64,000 nt of DNA from Syntrophorhabdaceae bacterium (GCA_963666485.2 CAXXUO010000001.1:640001-704000), one strand, 5' to 3'; positions 40,083 to 51,910 are shown, counted from the stretch's first letter. The notes: a model not told the origin generated them from the letters alone. Translations and numbers: made by a program.

Positions 40083-42389
40083 CTACCCCTCAAAACGCAG
40101 GACGAATCTCGTTCCTTCCCGGTGTTCGACATGCATCTCGGCGCTGAGCTGTTCGGCCAGCATGGCGACGAGCTGAAGGCCAAGGCCTTCGGGGGTTTCG
40201 GGGCGGGTGGTTTGGGAAATACCAATACCGTTGTCGGCAATGGTCAGTATTTTATGGGTATTCTCTTCGGTCACCGATACGCTTATCACGCCTTCTCCGC
40301 CGCCAGCGAAGGCGTGCTTTAAAGAGTTCGTTACCAGTTCGTTGATGATAAGGCCGAGGGGGATCGCGGCGGTGATGTCGATGGTTACGTCTTTTATATC
40401 TGCCTGGATATTCTCCGGGGGGAACATGTGGGAGCGGGCGATCTGACGAACAAGCTCTTCCACATATTCCTTGAGGGCTATGCGCGAAAAATCGTCCGAT
40501 CCATAGAGCCTCGTGTGTATCTGTGTCAACGCGTTGATACGGTTGATACTTGTCAGGAAGACATCACGTGCATCCTTGTCGGTTATGCGGTCCAGCTGGA
40601 GCCTGAGAATGCTCGCAATGGTGAAGAGGTTATTCTTTACCCTGTGCTGTATCTCCTTCAGCAGGACATCTTTTTCCTTAAGAGAGGCCCTGATCTGCTC
40701 CTCCGATCTTTTGCGATCGGTTATATCTATAAAGATCTCGAGTTTTGAGATAGTCCCGTCCTGATTGAAGACCGGCGCATCAAAAAGATCATAGGTCCTG
40801 CCGGTTTTCATGGAATACCATTCCCACCGGACCGACCTCCCGAAGAAGACCTCGTCTCTCTTGCACCAGGGACACGCTTCATCCCGGTCATGGAAATAGG
40901 AGTAGCATGTGCGCCCGTTGACCGGCCCGAACTCCTTTTCGATGGCCGGATTGGTGTATTCAATACCGCAGTCGGGGTTGGAGATGTAGATGCCGTAGGG
41001 CATCGCATTGAGAATGGTGATCAATTTGTTCTTCTCGGATATCACGGCCTCGTGCGCCTTAACCTGCTCTGTAATATCGCTGACGGTCGTTATGAAAAAG
41101 CGGGGTCTATGCTCTGTATCGTAATACATAGCGACATAGACATCGGCCCATATGTGAGAGCCATCCTTGCGGATATATCTCTTGTAGAACCTGGTCGCAT
41201 CTTTTTCGCCTTTAAGAAGAAGGTCAAGGTGCTTCTGGATGACATCAACCTCTTCAGGAGGGGTCAGGTCCTGCCATTTTTTATTTTTCAATTCTTCCGG
41301 GCTGTAACCCAGCATATCGCGGAATGCCTTGTTGGTATTGATCTCGCCGGACAGAAGGGTGACTGATTTCCCGACATTGGCCAATTCAAAAACGAACTGG
41401 AATTTGGCGGCACTCTCGCTTAACATAGTGCGTACCGTCTCCACTTCAGCGATGAGAGGATGCGATGCATCCGGGGTCTCAGGCTCGGCAAGGGACGCAA
41501 CCGAGCGCCCCAGGCGCCGGCTGAACATTCTCCCGACAACGACGCTCACCACTGCAGCAAGAAATATAACCGCCAGCAGTGCCGCGATAGCGGATATTAC
41601 CGAAGAGTAGTATGTGCCGGGAGTAATATCGAGAACGATCGACCAGTAAGAAAGACCGGACTGTGCCGTGAATCTTTTCGCGCCGTGCCGGTTGTCATGC
41701 GTGTATGCTTTGCCAGCCGAACCTGCGCCCGCCATCGGTTCATTCTTGCCATCGAGCAGCGTGAGTGACCATCCGGGCGGTATCGCTACCTTTGCAAGAC
41801 GCCGCTCAAAGAGTCGCATATCCATTGCGCTTACAAGGAGAAACTGCAAATGCCCCCTGCGGAAAACGGGCACTACCACCGTTGTCAAGGGCACCTTCGC
41901 TATCGGCCCCATGAACATGTCCCCCACCGCCGGTTTGCCTGTTTGAAGCACTGCCGGCGCGGCTGCGTGGCCGCGTGGCCTCGGCAGCCGGGGCAGGTCC
42001 GCACCGAATGGCAGCCGTGTGTTGAGGAGCATTTGTGTATCAGTATCAGCAAGTACTAAATGGGAGCCAAAGCTTTCCCGGAAACCCTGGGCTTCACGAT
42101 AGAATTCCTTCAGCCGTGACCGGTCGTCAAGCAGGGGCGATGCCGCGAGGGCCTGCAAAGCGGCTATTTGCCCCTGGAGTTCCTGATCTACAACGGTCAT
42201 CGCGGTCATAGCCTGACCGGACGCCTGTTCGTCTATCCGCACTTTCAATCGTGCAATACGATGGGTCCCGAGGAAAATTGCCAGTATTACCAGGGGCACG
42301 ATGCTCAACCAGATGAGCCGGGTCAGGAATGTGCGCAGCGACAAAGCCTGCTTCATCTCCCCATGCTTTGTGTCTATTAACCGATCCAT
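40083..42389 (-). CDS. Membrane sensor histidine kinase (Cache-like, 2 PAS, HisKA_2 type)
   Basis: Two TM helices; PAS domains; EIQHRVKNNL, NELVTNSLKHAF, DNGIG, GLGL. Confidence 0.9.
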   Translation of the reverse strand: MDRLIDTKHGEMKQALSLRTFLTRLIWLSIVPLVILAIFLGTHRIARLKVRIDEQASGQAMTAMTVVDQELQGQIAALQALAASPLLDDRSRLKEFYREAQGFRESFGSHLVLADTDTQMLLNTRLPFGADLPRLPRPRGHAAAPAVLQTGKPAVGDMFMGPIAKVPLTTVVVPVFRRGHLQFLLVSAMDMRLFERRLAKVAIPPGWSLTLLDGKNEPMAGAGSAGKAYTHDNRHGAKRFTAQSGLSYWSIVLDITPGTYYSSVISAIAALLAVIFLAAVVSVVVGRMFSRRLGRSVASLAEPETPDASHPLIAEVETVRTMLSESAAKFQFVFELANVGKSVTLLSGEINTNKAFRDMLGYSPEELKNKKWQDLTPPEEVDVIQKHLDLLLKGEKDATRFYKRYIRKDGSHIWADVYVAMYYDTEHRPRFFITTVSDITEQVKAHEAVISEKNKLITILNAMPYGIYISNPDCGIEYTNPAIEKEFGPVNGRTCYSYFHDRDEACPWCKRDEVFFGRSVRWEWYSMKTGRTYDLFDAPVFNQDGTISKLEIFIDITDRKRSEEQIRASLKEKDVLLKEIQHRVKNNLFTIASILRLQLDRITDKDARDVFLTSINRINALTQIHTRLYGSDDFSRIALKEYVEELVRQIARSHMFPPENIQADIKDVTIDITAAIPLGLIINELVTNSLKHAFAGGGEGVISVSVTEENTHKILTIADNGIGISQTTRPETPEGLGLQLVAMLAEQLSAEMHVEHREGTRFVLRFEG

Positions 42390-42569
42390 TTACCTTAAAT
42401 CACGATCTATCGTCTGACAGGCGCCGGCACGGCGCTGGTTTCTCCGCTTCTTCTCATTATTATTTTCGACAAATTTTATCCCAAGTAAATAGATTTTTGA
42501 AACATTTTTGAGTTCCGGAGGATCGATAGTGCGAGAGTGGCTCTGTGCTTTCAGTTTGCGGGGAGTATC

Positions 42570-43349
42570 TCACAGCGACTGTTCGTCGGCGCGGTCGCAG
42601 TCGATGGTAAAACCGACGGGCTTCCCGTTCCTGAAGGCCCCGCTAAAGTGCAATCCGTTGCGGCAGGTGAATGTTCCCTTGCCGGTGCGCCTGCCGTCGA
42701 CAAACTTCCCCGTGTACCTGTTGCCGTTTATCCAGGTGTACGTCCCGCTGCCCGTACGCCTGTCGGCTGTGAAGTCGCCTTCGTAGACATCGCCGTTGGC
42801 GAAGGTCAGTGTTCCCTTGCCATGAAGCCTGTTGTCGAGGAAATCGCCCGAATACTGGTTCCCGTTCGCCCAGGTGTAGACCCCTTTGCCCGTGCGCATG
42901 TCGCTTACGAAATCCCCTTCATAGACGTCGCCGTTGGCGAGCCTGAAGGTCCCTTTACCCGTGCGCTCGCCATCGACAAAGCCGCCGTCGTACCTGCCGC
43001 CGTTCGCCCAGGTGTACGTCCCCTTGCCGTGGGGCTTGCCGTACACGAAATCGCCTTCATACCTCGCCCCGTTCGCCCAGGTCACGGCGCCTTTGCCGTG
43101 GGGCCTTCCCTTGAACATCGTACCGTCAAAGCGCTCCATTTCCTTGCCGTCCTGGTACCATGCGTTCGTTCCCGTTCCGGACGCGTACCCGTCGACACAG
43201 GCGCCGGACCATACGACGGTCTCGTTCGGCTGGGGGTTGATGTTCCACACCTTGCATTTTCCCTTGCTGTCTGTGATCCATTCCCCGGCGGTGAACCCGG
43301 TTGACCAGCAAAGAAGCACCATGATGACGGAGGCGATCAGGGGCTTCAC
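42570..43349 (-). CDS. Exported MORN-repeat protein
   Basis: GTG start with AGGAG SD; repeated 23-aa YEGDF..G..HGKG..T.ANG units. Confidence 0.88.
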   Translation of the reverse strand: MKPLIASVIMVLLCWSTGFTAGEWITDSKGKCKVWNINPQPNETVVWSGACVDGYASGTGTNAWYQDGKEMERFDGTMFKGRPHGKGAVTWANGARYEGDFVYGKPHGKGTYTWANGGRYDGGFVDGERTGKGTFRLANGDVYEGDFVSDMRTGKGVYTWANGNQYSGDFLDNRLHGKGTLTFANGDVYEGDFTADRRTGSGTYTWINGNRYTGKFVDGRRTGKGTFTCRNGLHFSGAFRNGKPVGFTIDCDRADEQSL

Positions 43350-43460
43350 GTGATTCTCCTTTCGTTCATGTTTCCCCCTGCTATAATCCCACATTGTTTC
43401 TTTTTTTTTCAACATTGAAACGTGATGCCGCGGAGAAAATTCCCGTTTGGCCCCTTAAGG

Positions 43461-43490
43461 TCAAAAGCCGCTCTTTCGAGCGGCCTTTGA
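43461..43490. terminator. Terminator-like hairpin
   Basis: TCAAAAGCCGCTC-tttc-GAGCGGCCTTTGA. Confidence 0.55.
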
Positions 43491-43631
43491 GAAGGAGGAG
43501 TGTTATGGGGCTTGTTTGTCAGGGATTATGAGCTATGCGAAGAGGAGCACCGGGCCCGGGGTCTTCCTGCGGCTGCGGGCCTGGTACGTGTTGCCTGCTG
43601 GCGCCCGCACGGATGGGACGAGAACATTTAC

Positions 43632-44000
43632 CTACCCCCCCGTAGACAGGAACAGCACTCCCGTCCCTTGTTCTGCGAACCATCTGCCGCTTATGCTGCT
43701 GTTAGCCGTGGTGCTCCCCATCTCGCGAAATTGGCCGTGAATTTTCTTTACATATGCCTCTTTTTCGCAGTCGGGACATTCCCAATATGTTTCGTAGCGA
43801 TCGGTAAATCTCAGTTCGAGGAAGGTGCACGGGTGAATGTGGCAGAACAGGTTGTCGCCCTGTGCCCCGGCCGCCGGCCCCGGGGTATCGGGAACGAAGG
43901 GTGCCGCCAGGGAGAGCTTCCGGTCGCTTTCCGTCCGGTCCGTGCCGCATGGTCTGTCGTCCTCATGAAGCGCCAAACAATAAGAAATATTACCTGACAT
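43632..44000 (-). CDS. Hypothetical protein with a possible Zn-ribbon
   Basis: AAGGAG SD; CHIH...CPDC. Confidence 0.45.
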   Translation of the reverse strand: MSGNISYCLALHEDDRPCGTDRTESDRKLSLAAPFVPDTPGPAAGAQGDNLFCHIHPCTFLELRFTDRYETYWECPDCEKEAYVKKIHGQFREMGSTTANSSISGRWFAEQGTGVLFLSTGG

Positions 44001-44324
44001 GACTGTTTCTCCTTATAGTATTGTTTGTATGCATCGTTGCCTCTCTCATGCCCTGATCGTCCTTGGCAGGTATATGTTACATACTGTTTTATCAGCTCAT
44101 ACCACCTCTGACAATATAGGGAAGATATCGGTCGTATACAGGTATCAAACTCATACTTTGCGACTCGCCTGACAGGGGCAAAACGGGCGTGAATGAAGGC
44201 CGGGTCGCGCGTACCTCAGGGAAATACCCCTTAAAAATCAGGAATATCCCGATTGCTGTACAGACCGCCCCGGTTTAAGCTTGATATACGCAGCATAACC
44301 TGATGTAACGGAGACGAGGCCGGG

Positions 44325-44834
44325 ATGGACATGACGAGAATACGAGAGGAAGACCTGGAAATAATACTGTTCAGGCACGAACAATGGATAAAAGGCGAAC
44401 CTGACGGGGAGCGCGCCGATCTCTCCGGCATGGACCTCACCGGGATGGACCTGTCGGGCACGCGGCTTTGCGGGGCCGGCTTCACCTTCGCGCGGCTTTG
44501 CGGGGCTGACCTTACCGGCACTGACCTTTCCCGCACCAACTTTATCGGGGCCAACCTCGATCATGCAGCGTTGACCGATGCGGAGTTTTACGGGGCCAAC
44601 CTCTATCGCGCATCCTTCGCACATGCGGACCTGACGGGCGCGAGGCTCAACGGCGCGAAACTCACGCGCGCAAATTTCACCGGTGCCATCCTGACACGGG
44701 CGGACCTTACAGACGCCGTCCTGACACGGGCCGACTTCACGAGCGCCGACCTGACACGGGCCGACTTCACGAGCGCCGACCTGACACGGGCCGATGTAGC
44801 CCTGTCAACCATCGGCAACGCAACAAGGACGTAG
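44325..44834 (+). CDS. Pentapeptide-repeat protein
   Basis: H..W..G...GERADLS leader followed by A(D/N)(L/F)xx repeats. Confidence 0.88.
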   Translation: MDMTRIREEDLEIILFRHEQWIKGEPDGERADLSGMDLTGMDLSGTRLCGAGFTFARLCGADLTGTDLSRTNFIGANLDHAALTDAEFYGANLYRASFAHADLTGARLNGAKLTRANFTGAILTRADLTDAVLTRADFTSADLTRADFTSADLTRADVALSTIGNATRT

Positions 44835-45082
44835 ATTTCCCCATCCTCTTGAGGGCTGCCGGCCCATCTGCCCCGCCTTGTTCAAGCCGGATTTTTTTGA
44901 TATTGTCATGGCGGGAATCTGCGGCACTCTTCGGTTACGCTCACTGTTCTATCTTCCCTTATAGAGATTATTACCCTGAAATTACCGGTAATTAGTGCTC
45001 GGCCCCTTCAATTCCGTTATGTTTTTCTTTTTCACCTATATTATAATTTATAAAATGCCATAAAAATTAGAGATACAAGAGG

Positions 45083-48071
45083 ATGGCACCCATGGCGACA
45101 AAAAAGCTTCCCGGGACCGGGAAAATGATACCAAGGAAGGTCAAGTCACCGACAAAGAAAACCGACCGCAGCAGTGCCGCTCAGGGAAAGCCTTTCCCCA
45201 TCGTTGCCATCGGCGGGTCGGCGGGCGGACTTGAGGCATTCGAGGCATTTTTCAAGAGCCTTCCGGGGACTGTCAACGCGGCTTTCGTCGTGATCTCGCA
45301 TCTCGATCCCAAACATGTGAGCATGATGTCGGAACTCATCGGCCGATTTACAAAAATGCAGGTGAACGAAGCGCGGGACAATATCGTTGTCGAGCCGGAA
45401 AATGTTTATGTCATCCCGCCCAATCGTGAGCTTTCGATCAGCCAGGGCAGGCTGCACCTCACCAAGCCGGGGGGTTCGGTCACCATCCGCATGCCTATCG
45501 ATTATTTTCTGCGATCACTTGCCGACGACCAGGGTGACGGGGCGATCGCGATCATCATGTCGGGGACGGGCACGGACGGAGCACTCGGGGTGCGCGCGAT
45601 CCGTGCCGCGGGAGGCGTTGTTTTTGTCCAGGACCCTGCGGACGCCCGGTACAACGGTATGCCTGAAAGTGCGATACAGACCGGGGCTGCTGACTATATC
45701 CTGACGATCACAGACATAGCTTCCCAGCTTGCGGAACTTTTCGGGGAAGGCCGGGCCGAGGTGCCCGAAGACCAGGCCTCACCCGATGCGACGGAGGTCC
45801 AGAAGGTCCTTTCAGTCCTGCGCGCAAAAACAGGGGCACGATTTTTCCCATTATAAGAAAAATACCATGAACCGGCGCATTCGCCGCCGGATGGCTTTCA
45901 ACAGTGTGCAGTCTATCGACGAATATGTCCTCTTCCTGCGGACACACCCGGACGAGATAGACCATCTTTTCAAGGAGCTTCTCATAACCGTGACGAGCTT
46001 CTTCCGGGAGCCTGAAGCTTTCGATGCCCTGAAGAAAACGATCCTGCCTGCCCTGCTGGGCAATGCACCGGACGATTACACGATACGGGCCTGGGTCCCC
46101 GGGTGCGCGACGGGCGAAGAGGCATATTCGCTGGCCATCCTCCTTAAGGAATTCGCCGAAGAAACGGGCAAAGACTACAAGATCCAGATGTTTGCCACCG
46201 ATATTGACGACGCATCCATAGCCAGGGCCCGCACGGGCCTTTTCCCCGCAAATATAGCCCTCGATGTACCGGAGGGCCGCCTGGCCAAGTACTTTGAAAA
46301 GGGGTCGGCAGGGTACCGCGTGCGAAAGGATATAAGGGAATCCATTATCTTTGCGACCCAGGACCTCGTCAAGGACGCCCCTTTCACCCGCCTCGACATC
46401 GTATCGTGCCGGAATGTCCTCATATACATGGAACCGGAGCTCCAGGGCAAACTCATCGGTATTTTTCATTACAGCCTCAGGACCGGCGGCGTACTGTTCC
46501 TCGGCTCATCCGAAAGTGTCGGCAACCGGACGGATATCTTCCGCATGATCGACAAGAAATGGAAATTCTTCCAATCCAAGCCCGATACCGGAACACGGGC
46601 GTTTATCAACACGGCCCTTCCCGCATGGCCGCCGGAACAGGGACGAACGGCCGCACCGATCGCGCCCCCGGCAAGGAAGTTCAATATCGAGGATACCGTG
46701 CACCTCGCGCTCCTGGAGACATTCGCCCCCCCTGCCGTCATTGTCAATGAAAAAGGGGACATCGTCTTCATATACGGGAACACGGCCAAGTTTCTCACCC
46801 CGTCCCCGGGTCGCCCGGCGCTCAATATCGGGCAGATGACCCGCGAGGGCCTGCGCTTTTCCATGTGGTCAGCCCTTACGGCCGCAGCCACCCATCGACA
46901 GAAAGCCGTGTACAGGAATGTCAAGGTAAAGACGAACGGGGACACGGAGCTGGTAGACCTTTCGATCATCCCCATCTTCCGGGCGGAGGATGAAGAACCT
47001 CTTTTCATCTTCACCTTCCAGCCGGCCGCACCGAAGGAGAAGGTCACATCAGAGGACGGGGAACAGCTCAACATTGACAGGGACCGGCTCGCCGAACTCG
47101 AAAAAGAACTGGCCTATACCCGGGAGAGCCTCCAGGCGGCCGCCGAAGAGGCGCAGGCGGCGAATGAGGAATTGAAATCGGCCAATGAGGAACTGCAGTC
47201 GAGCAATGAGGAACTGCAGTCCACCAACGAGGAGCTCGAGACCTCCAAGGAAGAGCTCCAATCCGTCAATGAAGAGCTGACGACCGTGAACAGCGAGTTG
47301 AGGTCCAAGATCGAGCAGCTCTCGCAAAGCGAGAGCGACATGAAGAACCTCCTCGATTCGACGGAAATTGCCATGATATTCCTCGACAACGACCTGCGCA
47401 TAAAGAGGTTCAACACGGAGGCCTCCCACATCGTCAACCTCATCCCGTCCGATGTCGGCCGGCCGATAGGCGACGTCACGATGAAGATAGATTACCCGGA
47501 CCTCACGGAAAAGGCGCGCGGCGTCATTGACACGCTGCGTGCTTTCGACGTGGACGTCCAGGCGAAAGACGACAGCTGGTACGTCATGCACATCGTCCCG
47601 TACCGCACGCTCGACAATGTCATCGACGGGGTGGTCATGACATTTACCAACATAACCGAATTGAAACAGGTCATGCAGGAAAGGCAGAAATTTATTGAAC
47701 ATACTGTCGAGGTTGTGCAGGAGCCTTTTCTCGTGCTCGACAAACAATCTGAGGGTCGTGATGGCGAACAGGAAATTCCTCGAATTCTTTAAAGTCACGC
47801 ACCAGGAGACAGAGGGCCGGGGTAATAAAGAACCTCGGGGCGCCATGAATGGGACATCCCTGTTTTTGCCGACCTCTTATTCAATGTCATCAGGACCGAC
47901 AAACCCGTGGAAGATTTCCGGATCGAAGCGGATTTCCCGACGATCGGCCACCGGGCGCTTCTCGTCAACGCGCGGAGGATAAAACCCGCCGGCTCCATGA
48001 GGGACCCGCTCATCCTCGTGGCGATGAATGATGTAACGGACGTGCAGCAATGTGGCGGTAATGATGCGTGA
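45083..48071 (+). pseudogene. CheB-CheR-PAS fusion protein, frameshifted near 45835 and 47745-47880 (probably assembly indels)
   Basis: CheB residues GGSAGG / SHLDP / GTGTDG; CheR VTSFFR, GCATGEEAYS, SCRNVLIY; NEELQS heptads; PAS; final frame ends at TGA 48071. Confidence 0.8.
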
Positions 48072-48101
48072 CCCGGATGATGGACACCGTGAGTATGCAT
48101 A

Positions 48102-50165
48102 ATGGGTAAAAAAACCAGGCCGGACGACCGTATCGAAAAACTCCTCCACGATCCTGCGGCATCCGCGACCGTTTCCCTCGAAAATGTGAAAAAACTTGTC
48201 GAGGACCTCCGCCTGCACCAGACCGAGCTCGAGATGCAGAACGAGGAGCTCAGAAGGGCCCAGCAGGTCATCGAGGAAGGGCGGCAGAAATTCGTCGATC
48301 TTTACGACTTCGCTCCCATAGGATACGTGACGCTCAAGGACCATATCATCCTGGAGGCAAACCTCACGGCTGCGGGGCTGCTCGGAAGAAGGAGGGACGA
48401 TCTCGTAGGGGCACCTTTTTTCTATTTTGTTCAGAATAACGACAAGAAGGAGTACCTCCGCCATGTCATGCAGGTACTCGAAGACAGGCACAAAAGGTCG
48501 ATCGAGCTCATGCTGAATAAAACGGGGGGCAAACCATTCTGGGTACAGCTGGAAAGTTCCCCGGCAGAAGGGATCGAAAGCGTAAAAAACCTTATCAGGG
48601 TAGCCATAATTGACATCACCGCCCGGAAGAAGGCGGAAGATGCTTTGAAGGACAGGGAAAAACAATATCGTGACCTTATCGAGAGCGTGAACAGTATCAT
48701 CGTCGGTCTCGACGACCAGGGGCGGGTCACTTTTCTCAACGCATACGGCCGCAACATTCTCGGCTATGACTCCGAGGAATTGTTTACACGCGGGCTCATC
48801 GGGACAGTGATTTCCCCGGAGGTTATTGATCAGGGCCGGGTCACGTCATTTATCGAACATATTGCGGAGCACCCGGATCAATACCGGGAAAGGGAGATGG
48901 AACACATTCGCCGCAGCGGCGAGAAGATCTGGGTCTCATGGTCGATCCGCGTGCTGTATGATGCCGAAGGCCGCTTCACCGGGCTTCTGTGTGTCGGGAA
49001 TGATATTACGCAGAGGAAAAAGCTCGAGGACGAGGTCCGGCAGGCCCAGAAGATGGAGGCCATAGGGACCCTTGCCGGCGGCATCGCCCACGATTTCAAC
49101 AATATCCTCGCCGCCATCATCGGCTTTACCGAAATGGTCGAGGAAGACCTCCCGCCCGACAGCAGGAACCGCAGGCAGACACAGAAGATCTTGACCGCGG
49201 CATCGCGCGGCGCGGACCTCGTGCGGCAGATCCTGGCATTTTCCCGCAAGACGGACCTGGCAAAAGAGCCTCTGCATATATCACCGATCACCCGCGAGAC
49301 GATAGAGCTCCTGCGTGCATCCCTGCCCAAGACGATCGAGATCGAACTTAACCTGAAGGCTGCAAAGGACGTGGTCCTGGCATCTCCTGCAAGGTTCCAA
49401 CAAATCCTCATGAACCTCGTTACGAATGCCTCGGCCGCAATGCGCGACACCGGCGGAGTCATCAGGATCGGGGTGAACAATATCGTATTCGAGCCCGATG
49501 CACCCGTAATGGACGATGTCGAACCGGGCGAATACGTTCAGATCACCGTGGAAGACACGGGGATCGGTATGACGCCCGACCTGATGCAGCGCATCTTCGA
49601 GCCTTTCTTTACGACAAAAGAGATGGGCAAAGGGACCGGCATGGGACTCGCCGTCGTGTTCGGGATCGTCAAGGGCATGGGCGGGGCGATCACCGTCGAA
49701 AGCGAACCGGGCGAAGGTTCGACATTCCGGGTCTTCCTCCCGGTAGCGCATGTCAAAGGGAAAGAAGAGCGTCACGACGCAGCACCCGTTCAGCACGGCT
49801 CGGAAAGGGTCCTCTTCGTCGATGACGAGGAGCTCATTGTGGAATGGGGCAGGACTGCCCTCGACAGGCTCGGGTACAAGGTCACCGCCCTGACGGACAG
49901 TGCGGAGGCATTGGAGACATTTTCCCGGGACCCGGATGCCTTTGACCTCGTCATCGCCGACCAGACCATGCCCGGAATAACCGGCATCAACTTTGCGAAA
50001 AAGGTCCTCGCGATACGTCCCGACATCCCGGTCATCCTCTGCACAGGCCACAGCGAATCCGTGTCGGCCGAAAAAGCAAAAGAGATCGGTGTCCGCGAGT
50101 TCCTCATGAAGCCCCTCGCCAGGGCTGAACTGGCAGACGCCATCCGCAGGTCGCTCGAACATTAA
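48102..50165 (+). CDS. Cytoplasmic PAS hybrid histidine kinase / receiver
   Basis: AGGIAHDFNN, NLVTNA, DTGIGM, FEPFFTTK, GTGMGL; receiver FVDDE...DQTMP...KP. Confidence 0.93.
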   Translation: MGKKTRPDDRIEKLLHDPAASATVSLENVKKLVEDLRLHQTELEMQNEELRRAQQVIEEGRQKFVDLYDFAPIGYVTLKDHIILEANLTAAGLLGRRRDDLVGAPFFYFVQNNDKKEYLRHVMQVLEDRHKRSIELMLNKTGGKPFWVQLESSPAEGIESVKNLIRVAIIDITARKKAEDALKDREKQYRDLIESVNSIIVGLDDQGRVTFLNAYGRNILGYDSEELFTRGLIGTVISPEVIDQGRVTSFIEHIAEHPDQYREREMEHIRRSGEKIWVSWSIRVLYDAEGRFTGLLCVGNDITQRKKLEDEVRQAQKMEAIGTLAGGIAHDFNNILAAIIGFTEMVEEDLPPDSRNRRQTQKILTAASRGADLVRQILAFSRKTDLAKEPLHISPITRETIELLRASLPKTIEIELNLKAAKDVVLASPARFQQILMNLVTNASAAMRDTGGVIRIGVNNIVFEPDAPVMDDVEPGEYVQITVEDTGIGMTPDLMQRIFEPFFTTKEMGKGTGMGLAVVFGIVKGMGGAITVESEPGEGSTFRVFLPVAHVKGKEERHDAAPVQHGSERVLFVDDEELIVEWGRTALDRLGYKVTALTDSAEALETFSRDPDAFDLVIADQTMPGITGINFAKKVLAIRPDIPVILCTGHSESVSAEKAKEIGVREFLMKPLARAELADAIRRSLEH

Positions 50166-50227
50166 GAGCAAGTCAGTCGTTCCGTTTACAATCCTCGAAA
50201 CTGTGCTCGTTCCCGCCTTGCCCTTCC

Positions 50228-50880
50228 CCCGTCATACCCACGAAAACCGCGAATATCTACCCCATCGTCATTCCGGCGAAGAGACTGTGTCACAATTCCT
50301 CCGACCCCGTCATCCCTTCGCACTCGCCGTCATCCCTTCGCACCCCGCCGTCATCCCTTCGCTCTCGCCGTCATCCCTTCGCTCTCGCCGTCATCCCTTC
50401 GCTCTCGCCGTCATCCCGGCCTCCGAGCCGGGACCCAAGGTTTTTCTTTTGTTCCTTTTAGCAACGACCACATGAGAAAAGAATCATAAAAAACAAAACC
50501 TTGGGTCCCGGCTCGGAGGCCGGGATGACGGAGAGTGCAATTCCTTTTAGCAACGACCACATCAGAAAAGAATCATAAAAAAACAAAACCTTGGGTCCCG
50601 GCTCGGAGGCCGGGATGACGGCGAGTGCAATTCCTTTTAGCAACGACCACATGAGAAAAGAATCATAAAAAACAAAACCTTGGGTCCCGGCTCGGAGGCC
50701 GGGATGACGGCGAGAGCGAAGGGATGACGGCGAGAGCGAAGGGATGACGGCGGGGTGCGAAGGGATGACGGCGAGTGCGCAGGGACGACTGAGAGTGCAA
50801 TATTCCGGAGCATATAAACGTGACCGTCCGGACGATCAGCAGGGAATTGTGACCCAACCTCTGCGCCGGGGCGGCACGGG
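50228..50880. repeat. Composite cluster of CGTC-type REP palindromes
   Basis: 20-bp tandem CGCCGTCATCCCTTCGCTCT on the left and inverted on the right; GTCATCCCGGCCTCCGAGCCGGGACCCAAGG dimer; 89-90-bp unit x3 (50461-50710). Confidence 0.85.
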
Positions 50881-50946
50881 GGATGTGTTTGTTGCCCCGC
50901 TCGTCAAATTACAGTATGCTGTCTTAAATTTTCTTAAGGTGGAACT

Positions 50947-51729
50947 GTGTATCAGAAAGATTATTACGAAACACTGGAAATAGACCCCGGCGCGTCGGAA
51001 AAGGAAATAAAGGAAACCTACCGCAGGCTCGCCTTTCAGTACCATCCGGACAAGAACCCCGACGATGCGGCGGCGGTCGAGAAGATGAAAAGCATAAACG
51101 AGGCGTACGCCGTCCTGTCCGACCCGGGCAAGAGGCGGCAATATGACAATCTCAGGCAGACATACGGCAATACGGCGTATGACAGGTTCCGGCAGGGCCA
51201 CTCGGAGAATGACATATTCCGGGATTCGGACATCAACCAGGTGTTCGACGAATTTTCACGGATGTTCGGCTTCAGGAATTTTGAGGACATATTCAGGGAG
51301 GCTTACGGCCCCGGGTACCGGACCTTCGAGTTCAGGCAGGGGAATGTCTTCGGCCGGGGGTTTGTCTTTACCGGGCGGATGGGCGGCCCCGGGACAACGT
51401 CTATTGGCCGGAAGGGCGGCGGCATGCTGTCAGGGGTCTTAGGGAAGCTGGCCGGATACGCTTTCAGGAAATTGACCGGTATTGACGGCCCCCGGGAAGG
51501 CGACCGGTACGACGTGCTGAAGCTCACCCCTGAGCAGGCGGGAAGAGGCGGCAAGATCGCGTACACGGACAAGACGCAGTCCCGCGAGGTCATCATAACC
51601 GTTCCCCCGGGGGTGACCGAGGGAAAGGTGATCCGCCTCAAAGGACTCGGGCCCGGGGACCTGTACCTCACGGTCGAGATAACAAAACCACTCCTTAAAA
51701 AAATAGCGGACCGCCTTCTCGGCCGTTAA
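50947..51729 (+). CDS. J-domain protein (CbpA/DnaJ class B-like)
   Basis: [26 protein letters not shown] region; short DnaJ C-terminal domain. Confidence 0.88.
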   Translation: MYQKDYYETLEIDPGASEKEIKETYRRLAFQYHPDKNPDDAAAVEKMKSINEAYAVLSDPGKRRQYDNLRQTYGNTAYDRFRQGHSENDIFRDSDINQVFDEFSRMFGFRNFEDIFREAYGPGYRTFEFRQGNVFGRGFVFTGRMGGPGTTSIGRKGGGMLSGVLGKLAGYAFRKLTGIDGPREGDRYDVLKLTPEQAGRGGKIAYTDKTQSREVIITVPPGVTEGKVIRLKGLGPGDLYLTVEITKPLLKKIADRLLGR

Positions 51730-51910
51730 ATTGGATTTTACGTTTCCAATATCGTAGAATTATCGCAAGGCCGATCGTCGAACATAAAATGGCGTTTTTT
51801 CCGGTCAGGTGCGAAAACGAGAGTATTTTTCCCCGTCTGAAAAGAGCGATCAAGTGAGAAAAATAACCGAATTCAGCATAGTTCGTAAATCATCACAGGA
51901 GGAATGACGT

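Noticed and set aside
43520..43634. Pyrrolysine/amber read-through of the 43632-44000 ORF
   Set aside because: The frame stays open briefly past TAG, but there is no recognisable domain continuation and no pyl genes in the window.
44680..44795. 30-bp tandem repeat as a separate DNA element
   Set aside because: It is an in-frame expansion of the pentapeptide-repeat gene.
45830..47880. cheB and cheR as separate genes, or phase variation
   Set aside because: Removing one G from GGGG at about 45835 restores RAKTGHDFSHYK. The 47745-47880 breaks are similar extra bases, so likely artefacts.
50461..50710. CRISPR array
   Set aside because: The 'spacers' are near-identical, the units are REP-derived tandem duplications, and no cas genes are present.
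37383..51800. tRNA-Ala-integrated genomic island
   Set aside because: Content looks accessory, but I saw no integrase and no duplicated tRNA 3' end.
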